The notes under the pieces: generated by a model | Database searches by the model: none | What the model was told of the DNA's origin: nothing | The model's input: only the letters and a program-made list of their open reading frames with translations | Assembly: GCF_000172995.2 (NCBI RefSeq) | Contig: NC_014729.1 | Span: forward strand, 90,001-122,000 | Length of the DNA stretch: 32,000 nt | Direction: 5' to 3' | Origin: Halogeometricum borinquense DSM 11551 | Lineage (GTDB): Archaea; Halobacteriota; Halobacteria; Halobacteriales; Haloferacaceae | Shown: piece after piece, positions 24,081 through 32,000 of the stretch | Layout of the letters: each line of letters starts with the position of its first letter | How positions within the stretch are numbered: the first letter of the stretch is position 1 | Program-made: the position numbers and the translations under genes

Positions 24081-24202
24081 CGACCGGGAGTATCCACGAA
24101 TCATTAAAACCAGTTTCGCTCCGAGAATCGATGACATACCGTTGTCAGGGAGTCCATCGCCGGGAGCGATGCGATTTTTCACGTGGGCTACGAACGGCGA
24201 GT

Positions 24203-25183
24203 ATGAACCTCACCGACCGCCCGCGACGCCTCCGAACCGACGGCATCCGGTCGCTCGTCAGCGAGACGAACCTCTCGGCGACGGACCTCATCGCGCCCGT
24301 CTTCGTGGACGCGACGACGGACGAACGGCTTCCCATCGAGTCGATGCCGGGGCACGAACGCGTCCCCGTCTCCGAGGCAGTCGCGCGCGTCGAGGAAGTC
24401 CTCGAAACGGGCGTCGAGGCGGTGATGCTGTTCGGCATCCCCGAATCGAAGGACGAACGCGGGTCCCGTGCGTGGGCCGAAGACGGCGTCGTGCAAAAAG
24501 CGACTCGGCGCGTGACGGAGGAGACGGACGCCTACGTCATCACCGACGTTTGCATGTGTGAGTACACGAGTCACGGTCACTGTGGAATCGTCGAGGACCA
24601 CGCCGAGTCGGATCCGACGCTGACTGTGAAAAACGACGAGACGCTAGCGTTGTTGGCGAAGACGGCCGTCTCGCATGCCGAGGCGGGCGCGGACATGGTC
24701 GCACCGAGTTCAATGACCGACGGGATGGTCGGCGCAATTCGGGAAGCACTCGACGAGTCGGGACACGAGAGCGTCCCGATCATGTCCTACGCCGCGAAGT
24801 ACGAGAGCGCGTTTTACGGCCCGTTCCGCGACGCCGCCGACGGCGCGCCCGCGTTCGGTGACCGGCGACACTACCAGATGGACCCCGCAAACGCCCGGGA
24901 GGCTATCCGCGAGGTGACACTCGACGTAGAACAGGGTGCGGACGTGTTGATGGTGAAACCCGCGCTGGCGTATCTCGATATCGTGCGCGCGGTACGCGAG
25001 GAGTTCGACCACCCAGTCGCCGCCTACAACGTCTCCGGCGAGTACGCGATGCTCCATGCCGCCGCCGAGAAAGGCTGGATGGACCTCGACGAGACGGCGT
25101 TCGAATCGCTGCTTGCGATGAAACGTGCGGGCGCAGACCTCATTCTCACCTACTTCGCAGAAGACATCGCGGACGCACTCTGA
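24203..25183 (+). CDS. hemB: Porphobilinogen synthase (delta-aminolevulinate dehydratase), zinc type
   Basis: MNLTDRPRRLRT..., a Cys-rich zinc site DVCMCEYTSHGHCG, and active-site lysine contexts SYAAKYES and MVKPAL. 326 aa from ATG 24203. Confidence 0.95.
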   Translation: MNLTDRPRRLRTDGIRSLVSETNLSATDLIAPVFVDATTDERLPIESMPGHERVPVSEAVARVEEVLETGVEAVMLFGIPESKDERGSRAWAEDGVVQKATRRVTEETDAYVITDVCMCEYTSHGHCGIVEDHAESDPTLTVKNDETLALLAKTAVSHAEAGADMVAPSSMTDGMVGAIREALDESGHESVPIMSYAAKYESAFYGPFRDAADGAPAFGDRRHYQMDPANAREAIREVTLDVEQGADVLMVKPALAYLDIVRAVREEFDHPVAAYNVSGEYAMLHAAAEKGWMDLDETAFESLLAMKRAGADLILTYFAEDIADAL

Positions 25184-25476
25184 GCGTTCTGAGAGTCAGC
25201 GCGTGCGACGAGAGTCGTGGTGTTTCGCAGATTTTGCGTGAACGTTCGTCCACTTATTTTGCCGTATTGCCCGTCAAATAGAGCAGAAAACGACCTTATA
25301 CACATTGTATTGTTCGGTAAATCGTTCACTCGTCCATATTACCCAGTGAAAAGTGGACAATTTTGTCACATACACTTATGTAGTGTGTTCTCATGACTAT
25401 CTCGCGTGAATATGATCACGAACGGAGCAGTATTGAGCAAAATAATAGACAAGCGTTCACCCATGGAGGCAATCGT

Positions 25477-26850
25477 ATGAGTGTCCCGTTACAGGCCGAC
25501 GCTTCAACCATCGCCGCAGGCGTCAACAACGTGTGGATATTGGTCGTGACGTTCCTCATCTTCTTCATGCAACCGGGGTTCGCTCTGCTGGAGGCAGGGC
25601 AGGTTCGCGCGAAGAACGTCGGCAACGTCCTGATGAAGAACATGACCGACTGGATCCTCGGAACGCTCATCTACTTCGTCGTCGGCGCGGCGATAGCGAC
25701 GATTGTCGGTGGGCTGACCTCCCCGGGACCGTTCAGTATCTCGGCGGCGTTCGCGTACGTTAACGATCCGACGGCGTGGATCGGCTGGCTGTTCGGTGCC
25801 GTGTTCGCTATGACGGCCGCGACCATCGTCTCCGGGGCCGTCGCAGAGCGCATGGAGTTCAACGCGTACGTGCTGTTTACGGTGCTGATGACGGCGATCA
25901 TCTACCCCGTCGTCGTCGGCTTCACGTGGGGCGGCGGCCTGCTGTCCTCGGGCGGATTCCTCGGAAACGTTCTCGGAGCGGGCTACCTCGACTTCGCCGG
26001 TGCGACGGTCGTCCACATGTGCGGCGGCGTGGCTGGTCTCGTCGCCGCGAAGATGGTCGGCGCACGGAAGGGTCGCTACGATGCGAACGGCGAAAGCCAA
26101 CCCATCCCCGGCCACTCGATGCTACTTGCCGTCCTCGGGACGTTCATCCTCGCGTTCGGGTGGTACGGCTTCAACGTCGGCACGCAGGCAACCATCCTCT
26201 CGGTTGCTGACGACGGCAGTCTGACGTTCATGGGCGCGGCGCTCGGCCGCGTCGCCCTCGTTACCACCCTCGGCATGGGCGCTGGCGGGGCGATGGCGAT
26301 GCTCATGTCGGCGCGCTACCAAGGCAAGCCCGACCCGCTCTGGACCGCGAACGGTCTACTCGCGGGGCTTGTGGCCGTGACGGGCGCTGTTCCGCACGTC
26401 ACGTGGTGGGGCGGTGCGCTCCTCGGCGGCCTCGGCGGCTTCCTCGTCCTCCCCGCGTTCCGCTTTACCGTGGATACGCTGAAAGTGGACGACGTGTGCG
26501 GCGTCTTCGCAGTTCACGGCGTCGCCGGAGCGGTGGGAACGGCACTCATTCCCGTCTTCGCCGTCGGTGGATTCTCGGCCAGCCAGTTTGCCCTACAGAT
26601 TCTCGGCGTCCTCATCATCGCCGCGTGGACCGTCACAGCGTCGGGCATCGTCCTCTACGTCCTCGACCTAACGGTCGGACTGCGTGTCGGCGAAACCGAA
26701 GAGGCCGAAGGACTGGACCTCGGCGAACACGGCGTCTCGGTGTATCCGGAGTTCGTCGCCGACGGCGAGAGTCCGATGGCCGACGGCGGGTCGTCGGTTC
26801 GGACCGACGGCGGCGAGTTCGTCGCCTCCGACGGGGGTGAACGCGAATGA
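25477..26850 (+). CDS. amt: Ammonium transporter (Amt family)
   Basis: [31 protein letters not shown] and [13 protein letters not shown] signatures, about 11 TM helices, and an acidic C-terminal tail. The start is set at ATG 25477, preceded by GGAGG. The in-frame 28 codons upstream are AT-rich at the third position. Confidence 0.93.
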   Translation: MSVPLQADASTIAAGVNNVWILVVTFLIFFMQPGFALLEAGQVRAKNVGNVLMKNMTDWILGTLIYFVVGAAIATIVGGLTSPGPFSISAAFAYVNDPTAWIGWLFGAVFAMTAATIVSGAVAERMEFNAYVLFTVLMTAIIYPVVVGFTWGGGLLSSGGFLGNVLGAGYLDFAGATVVHMCGGVAGLVAAKMVGARKGRYDANGESQPIPGHSMLLAVLGTFILAFGWYGFNVGTQATILSVADDGSLTFMGAALGRVALVTTLGMGAGGAMAMLMSARYQGKPDPLWTANGLLAGLVAVTGAVPHVTWWGGALLGGLGGFLVLPAFRFTVDTLKVDDVCGVFAVHGVAGAVGTALIPVFAVGGFSASQFALQILGVLIIAAWTVTASGIVLYVLDLTVGLRVGETEEAEGLDLGEHGVSVYPEFVADGESPMADGGSSVRTDGGEFVASDGGERE

Positions 26851-27203
26851 GCGAGAACGACGGCATCAAGATGGTGATGGCGATCATCCGTCCGGACAAA
26901 CTCGCGGATGTAAAACGCGCGCTGGCGGAAGTCGGCGCGCCGTCACTGACGGTCACGAACGTCTCCGGCCGCGGATCCCAACCCGCAAAGAAAGGCCAGT
27001 GGCGCGGCGAGGAGTACACGGTTGATCTCCACCAGAAAGTGAAAATCGAGTGTATCGTCGCAGACATCCCCGCTGACGACGTGGTCGATGCCATCCGTGA
27101 GGCAGCGCACACGGGAGACCCCGGCGACGGCAAAGTGTTCGTCCTCCCCGTCGAGAGCGCCGTCCAAGTTCGAACTGGGAAAACGGGACGCGACGCGGTG
27201 TGA
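26847..27203 (+). CDS. glnK: P-II nitrogen regulatory protein GlnK
   Basis: 118 aa: [15 protein letters not shown]...G...LTV..V.GRG, a T-loop, and C-terminal GDGKVFV. The start overlaps the amt stop (ATGA), the canonical amt-glnK pairing. Confidence 0.95.
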   Translation: MSENDGIKMVMAIIRPDKLADVKRALAEVGAPSLTVTNVSGRGSQPAKKGQWRGEEYTVDLHQKVKIECIVADIPADDVVDAIREAAHTGDPGDGKVFVLPVESAVQVRTGKTGRDAV

Positions 27204-27263
27204 GGCGGGTCCCACGTCGGCAATGAGTGAGCCGGCGTCTCTCCCGCCGAGAACGCGAAATCG

Positions 27264-28040
27264 ATGAATCGCGTGGGGGCGACAGAGACGAAAAGACCCA
27301 AGCGTTCCGCCGCCCCGAGAGCGAATGTGGAACTGACGCCGGTCACCGCAGTCGGGCTCGTGGTCGCACTCGTCGGCTTCGAGTTGCTACACCGACTGCG
27401 TAAGCGGTTCGGATGGACCGGCGGGACGCTGTCGGACCACGCGTGGAAGTGGGTTATCCCCGTTCTCGTCGTCCTCGTCGTTCTCGCCGAAGGGAAATCG
27501 TTCGACTCTATCGGATGGCACGTCGAATCAACGCTTCTTCTCGTCTGGCAGACGGCAGTCGGTCTCGCGGTGATGCTCGGATCGAATCTGCTCCTCGCAC
27601 CGCTGTGGGCGCGCGTCGGTGACGGTGGCGAGAGTCTCGCCAAGGGGATCGGTTCGTTTGCGTCGCTCTCGATGCCCGAACGCCTATTCGTCGCGGCGAC
27701 CGCGGGCGTCACAGAGGAGATCCCGTATCACGGGTACGCCGTCGAACGACTCGCCGCTCTTACCGGGAGTCTCCCCTTCGCGGGCATCATCTCGTTTCTC
27801 GCGTTCACGCTCGGCCATCTCGGAGAGACGTGGGACCGGCAGGCTGTCCTCCGAATCGCCCAGCCCGCGCTCGTCACCACGTTACTCTACCTGTGGTTCC
27901 GGTCGCTTCCGGCACTCATCGCCATCCACGCGCTGAACGACGCCGTCGGGTTGCTTGTGGCCGACCGCTACGCGCCAGCCGAGGAGGAAGAAGAAGAGGA
28001 GACACCGCACGTCGTTCGTTGGCTTGAGGGCGAACAGTAG
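27264..28040 (+). CDS. CPBP-family intramembrane glutamic endopeptidase (CAAX protease-like)
   Basis: Multi-TM protein with the motifs TEEIPYHGY (EExxxR-type), FTLGHL and AIHALND at the expected spacing. Confidence 0.8.
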   Translation: MNRVGATETKRPKRSAAPRANVELTPVTAVGLVVALVGFELLHRLRKRFGWTGGTLSDHAWKWVIPVLVVLVVLAEGKSFDSIGWHVESTLLLVWQTAVGLAVMLGSNLLLAPLWARVGDGGESLAKGIGSFASLSMPERLFVAATAGVTEEIPYHGYAVERLAALTGSLPFAGIISFLAFTLGHLGETWDRQAVLRIAQPALVTTLLYLWFRSLPALIAIHALNDAVGLLVADRYAPAEEEEEEETPHVVRWLEGEQ

Positions 28041-28140
28041 CGTCAAACGGCGTACACCGACATCCCGAAGGAGGCGCTTCGATCCCGATTCGAGCGACGA
28101 ACCCCGTAGTTCTTTTTCCATACCGGCCAAAGCTTCGCGC

Positions 28141-29478
28141 ATGAATCACGACGAGTCCCGCGCGTTGTACGACCGTGCCCTGTCGGTCATGCCCGGCGGT
28201 GTGAACTCCTCCGTGCGCGCGACGCAACCGTACCCGTTCTTCATCGAACGCGGCGACGGCGCACACGTCGTCGATGCAGACGGGAACCGCTATCTCGACT
28301 ACGTACTGGGATACGGACCGCTCTTGTACGGTCACGATATGCCCGAACCGGTTCGCGCCGCAGTCCAATCGCACGCCTCTGAGGGACCGATGTACGGCGC
28401 GCCAACCGAAGTCGAGGTCAAACACGCCGAATTCGTCTCCCGGCACGTCCCCTCGGTCGAGATGATTCGCTTCGTCAACTCCGGCACCGAGGCCACCGTT
28501 TCGGCGGTCCGCCTCGCCCGTGCGTACACCGGACGCGACAAGATCGTGATCATGCAGGGCGGCTACCACGGTGCGCAGGAGTCTACACTGGTCGAAGGCG
28601 AACCCGGCGACGTACACCCGAGTACGCGCGGCATTCCCGAGTCGTTCGCAGAACACACGATTCCGGTGCCGTTCAACGACTTCGAGGCCGTCCGAGACGT
28701 GTTCGAGACGCACGGTGACGACATCGCCGCCGTTCTCACTGAACCGATCCTCGGCAACAAGGGCATCGTGATGCCCGTTGATGGCTACCTCGAACACCTC
28801 CGCAACCTGACCGAGGATCACGATGCACTCCTCGTCTTCGACGAGGTCATCACTGGCTTCCGCGTCGGCGGCCTCCAGTGTGCTCAAGGGAAGTTCGGAA
28901 TTACCCCCGACGTGACGACGTTCGGGAAGATCATCGGTGGCGGCTTCCCCGTCGGCGCAATCGGCGGCAAGTCTGAGATTATCGAACAGTTCACGCCGTC
29001 CGGAAACGTGTTCCAGTCAGGGACGTTCTCCGGACACCCGGTGACGATAGCCGCGGGCTACGAGTATCTGAAGTACGCGGCCGAAAACGACGTGTACGAC
29101 CACGTCAACCGACTCGGTGAGAAACTCCGCCGCGGAATCACGGATATCGTGGAGGACCAAGCACCCAACTACACCGTCGTCGGGACCGACTCGATGTTCA
29201 AGACCGTCTTCACGCGCGAGGGGCCGGCGGACCTCGACGGATGTTGCCCTGCCGGGTGCAAACAGCGTGAATCTTGCCCGCGATACGATTACTGCCCGAA
29301 GAACGGTGCGGATGTCGCCAAAGCGGACACGGAACGCTGGAAACGTATCTTCTGGCAGGAGATGAAAGAGCAGGGCGTCTTCCTCACTGTCAACCAGTTC
29401 GAATCACAGTTCGTCTCCTACGCGCACACCGACGAGGACATCGAAGAGACGCTGGAAGCGTACAAAGAAGCGCTCTGA
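28141..29478 (+). CDS. hemL: Glutamate-1-semialdehyde 2,1-aminomutase
   Basis: [27 protein letters not shown]..., the PLP-lysine motif [11 protein letters not shown], and 445 aa from ATG 28141. A TATA-like CTTTTTCC lies about 27 nt upstream. The ORF extension to 27955 is rejected. Confidence 0.95.
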   Translation: MNHDESRALYDRALSVMPGGVNSSVRATQPYPFFIERGDGAHVVDADGNRYLDYVLGYGPLLYGHDMPEPVRAAVQSHASEGPMYGAPTEVEVKHAEFVSRHVPSVEMIRFVNSGTEATVSAVRLARAYTGRDKIVIMQGGYHGAQESTLVEGEPGDVHPSTRGIPESFAEHTIPVPFNDFEAVRDVFETHGDDIAAVLTEPILGNKGIVMPVDGYLEHLRNLTEDHDALLVFDEVITGFRVGGLQCAQGKFGITPDVTTFGKIIGGGFPVGAIGGKSEIIEQFTPSGNVFQSGTFSGHPVTIAAGYEYLKYAAENDVYDHVNRLGEKLRRGITDIVEDQAPNYTVVGTDSMFKTVFTREGPADLDGCCPAGCKQRESCPRYDYCPKNGADVAKADTERWKRIFWQEMKEQGVFLTVNQFESQFVSYAHTDEDIEETLEAYKEAL

Positions 29479-29553
29479 AACGGACAATCGCGGACCGACC
29501 ACGCATCCTATCCGGTGTCGAGGTTTTTGTACTATCAGACGCTATCGCATGGT

Positions 29554-30105
29554 ATGGATAGCCCTCCGCACAACGCCGGTGACGACATCGATACCGGCAG
29601 TCACGACGATGACAGCGCCGGATATGATGACGGCAACACCGGATATGATGACGACGGCACGTCTGTCGGAACCAGCCCACGGACGACCGACTACGAAGAT
29701 CCGATAGGCGACCTCTTGCCGTACGCGTCCGTGGACTCGAACTGGTGGTACTGGATCGCCGCACCGATTGCGCTCTTCGTCCTCTCGCTTGTCGGCGGAA
29801 TACTGTTCTTCGTCGCATTCCTGTTCGACATCCTCCTTACGGGCGGCATTCTATCAGTCACAACAGGAATCCTCTTCGCCGGCATCGCCAGCCTCATCGG
29901 TCTCGTCCTCTCGGTGATGTTCCCTGTCGCCGTCTACGTTGATGCGCGGGCACTCTGCGAGGCCCCGGAGTCGTCGTGGTCACCCGACCCAGTTCTCTAC
30001 GGTCTCGTCGCCCTCGCGGGCGTGGTCGTGACCGCCTTCACGGTTAGCATCCCATTCGGCATCTACTACCTCTACCGGCGGCACGTCGCCGTCGGCACGC
30101 CCTGA
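29554..30105 (+). CDS. Membrane protein with an acidic D/G/Y-rich N-terminal region
   Basis: About 4 TM helices follow MDSPPHNAGDDIDTGSHDDDSAGYDDGNTGYDDDGTS. ATG 29554 is preferred over GTG 29515. Confidence 0.6.
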   Translation: MDSPPHNAGDDIDTGSHDDDSAGYDDGNTGYDDDGTSVGTSPRTTDYEDPIGDLLPYASVDSNWWYWIAAPIALFVLSLVGGILFFVAFLFDILLTGGILSVTTGILFAGIASLIGLVLSVMFPVAVYVDARALCEAPESSWSPDPVLYGLVALAGVVVTAFTVSIPFGIYYLYRRHVAVGTP

Positions 30106-30119
30106 GCGCGACGTCGAAT

Positions 30120-30575
30120 TCACTCCAAACTGCCGTTATCTCTCATCTCGCCTGCTGACTCGTCTTCGGGCCACCAGTAGTTGAGAATCGCCACCGCGAG
30201 CATGATCGAACCGGCCCAAAAGAGAAGCAAGCGGAAGATGACCGCAAGAGACCCGCTCGTGTTTGGTTCGAGAACACCCGCAAGTCCGGCGGACGCAGCG
30301 AAGATGAGCATCGAGACGAGTCCAGTGGCCCAGATCCAGAACGCCGATACCTCAGGATAGCGCGCGTTCGTCACCACGAGGGCGACAAGCACGAAGATTT
30401 GTGACACGAGTTGGCCGAACGAGAACGGTTCGGCGACGAATACAGCGTTGACGATGGCTGACAGCGGCGTGAACATCGTGCCGAAGGCGAGCCAGAGACC
30501 GACGAGATAGAAGAGGTCCGAGACGCCCGAGGCGAGACTACCGATTGCGCTCGACTCGCCCGATTCGTCGCTCAT
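30120..30575 (-). CDS. Four-TM membrane protein, co-transcribed with the beta-propeller gene
   Basis: 151 aa and hydrophobic. The start overlaps the upstream gene's stop (ATGA at 30572-30575). Confidence 0.6.
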   Translation of the reverse strand: MSDESGESSAIGSLASGVSDLFYLVGLWLAFGTMFTPLSAIVNAVFVAEPFSFGQLVSQIFVLVALVVTNARYPEVSAFWIWATGLVSMLIFAASAGLAGVLEPNTSGSLAVIFRLLLFWAGSIMLAVAILNYWWPEDESAGEMRDNGSLE

Positions 30576-31768
30576 TCCGACCCCTCCACGGCGTACAGCG
30601 TCTCGTCCAACCCAACGTAAACGGTGCCGTCCACGACGGCCGGCGACCGGGCACGGCCGCGACCACTCGCCGCGTCGAACCGTGCAAGTACCTCACCGTT
30701 GGTCGCGTCGAGAACGACGAATCCGGCCGGCGTGGCGGCGTACAGCGTCTCACCGACGACAGCGGGGGTGCACAACGGGTCGAGCGGTGTTTCTCGCCGC
30801 CAGACGCGGTCGCCCGTCTCGGTGTCGAGTGCGACAGCGAACGTCGTCTCCGCCTCTTCGTCTTCTGCGACCGCGTAGACACGTTCTCCGTCGGTGACCG
30901 GGTGAATACTGGCTTGGTACGTTCCGATGTCTCCCTTCCAGCTAACGTCGCCGTCGGCGAGGGAGACAGCGTACAGCGGCCCGCTCCCGTAGAATACCGC
31001 GTCCGTGCCGATGCACGGCGTGAGGTGGCTCGGGTGAGCGACGCCGAGCGTCACCGACCACTGGAGCCGTCCGGTCTGTGCGTTTACGGCGACCAGTTTG
31101 TCCGGGCTGTCGCCGCGACCGACGAGAAGTCCATTGCGGAACGCAAACGGTTCGACTTTGGTCGAAAGCGGGGACCGCTCACGTTCGAGTCCGGTCTCGA
31201 TATCGACGACTCGGGTGCCGTCGGTTCCCTGCCAGTATACGGTGTTTCCGACGCGGCAAAACAGACTGTCGCCCGGAGAGGAATCGTGTGACCAGCCGAT
31301 TTGCCCGTCGTTCGAGCCGAATCCGAACGTATCCACGCGTCCGGGAATGAGGACGCCACCACTGAACGCGACGGGCGATGCAGAAAAGGAGACGCGTCGT
31401 CGCCACGGCCGCTGTGTTTTGCCCGGGAATCGCCATCGAACGTCACCGGTGTCGCGTTCGACGGCGAGAAGCGAGTTGTCGGCGGCGACGTAGACAGCAC
31501 CGTCTGCAACGGTCAGTGATCGGTGGCCGTAAGCAACGTCGGGGACCGACGTTTCCCACGCGAGCGAAAAGTCGCCGCGGGGGGCGATTCCATCCGGGTC
31601 GAATCCGGTTCGCGCGGGATTGCGGCCGGGCATCGGCCACGCGTCTAAATCCAAAGCGGCGTCAGACTCGGGGGTCGCGGCCACCGACGGATCAAAAGCG
31701 GCGCCAGCAGCGAAGAAAAGGCCGCTCGCTGCGAGCAGTCGGCGGCGGGTGAGGCGGGGAGGGCGCAC
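30572..31768 (-). CDS. Secreted PQQ-like (BamB-type) beta-propeller repeat protein with a Tat signal
   Basis: MRPPRLTRRRLLAASGLFFAAGAA is a twin-arginine signal. Repeated '..G.VY....DG.L.A.D..TG...W' blades run throughout the 398 aa. Confidence 0.8.
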   Translation of the reverse strand: MRPPRLTRRRLLAASGLFFAAGAAFDPSVAATPESDAALDLDAWPMPGRNPARTGFDPDGIAPRGDFSLAWETSVPDVAYGHRSLTVADGAVYVAADNSLLAVERDTGDVRWRFPGKTQRPWRRRVSFSASPVAFSGGVLIPGRVDTFGFGSNDGQIGWSHDSSPGDSLFCRVGNTVYWQGTDGTRVVDIETGLERERSPLSTKVEPFAFRNGLLVGRGDSPDKLVAVNAQTGRLQWSVTLGVAHPSHLTPCIGTDAVFYGSGPLYAVSLADGDVSWKGDIGTYQASIHPVTDGERVYAVAEDEEAETTFAVALDTETGDRVWRRETPLDPLCTPAVVGETLYAATPAGFVVLDATNGEVLARFDAASGRGRARSPAVVDGTVYVGLDETLYAVEGSE

Positions 31769-31917
31769 ACAGAACTAGATGCCTGATTTACATTTAGTCA
31801 CTCCGGTGTGACCGGAATCAACGGCGGAGCAACGGTCTCATCGCCACGGCACACTGCCACGTCCGCGAACGCGAACTGGTGGGCTTTTCACGCACCAGTG
31901 CCCACGTTTCTACAGAG

Positions 31918-32000
31918 ATGAAACGCGGGACGCTCCGACTGGCGACGCGAGGGTCAGACCTCGCACTCCGACAGACGGCGAGTGTGCGCGACACCCTCGC
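31918..32000 (+). CDS. hemC: Hydroxymethylbilane synthase (porphobilinogen deaminase), 5' end only
   Basis: MKRGTLRLATRGSDLALRQTASVRDTL matches the conserved HemC N-terminus (R.ATR.S.LA..Q). The gene is truncated by the window end. Confidence 0.75.
   Translation, partial: MKRGTLRLATRGSDLALRQTASVRDTL

Noticed and set aside
25393-25476. 28-codon N-terminal extension of Amt from ATG 25393.
   Set aside because: The codons are AT-rich at the third position, unlike the rest of the gene. The peptide is hydrophilic. A GGAGG precedes ATG 25477, where the conserved Amt N-terminus begins.
1-32000. A search by eye for tRNA/rRNA genes, transposases, integrases, and toxin-antitoxin or defence operons.
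   Set aside because: No T-loop or cloverleaf-like segments, DDE or tyrosine-recombinase-like ORFs, or multi-gene defence-like cassettes were recognisable. The gene content is housekeeping, so I do not claim a novel multi-gene system here.

Overview
The window is GC-rich, its proteins are strongly acidic, and most genes have a TATA-like box about 27 nt upstream of the start codon (leaderless style). This fits a haloarchaeal (class Halobacteria) core chromosome segment. About 44 genes are supported. They include the conserved operon rpl39e-rpl31e-eif6-rplX-pfdA-ftsY, sufS-sufU, radA, htpX, an NMD3 homologue, an XPD/Rad3-like helicase, amt-glnK, and the heme-pathway genes hemB, hemL and hemC (5' end only). 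The rest are transporters, membrane proteins and small haloarchaea-type proteins of unknown function. I found no rRNA, tRNA, CRISPR array, transposase, integrase or recognisable defence system, so this looks like an ordinary core region rather than an accessory island. The most unusual structure is a nearly perfect 163-bp non-coding tandem array (about 2.4 units) directly downstream of radA. Each unit re-copies the last 11 codons and stop of radA and carries a strong compound hairpin. Other oddities are an AT-rich island with divergent promoters and micro-ORFs, a basic Ser/Arg-rich tail on the helicase, a rare archaeal arylamine N-acetyltransferase, an htpX-coupled unknown gene, and several coding micro-repeats. 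All family names come from motif reading by eye; no database search was run.
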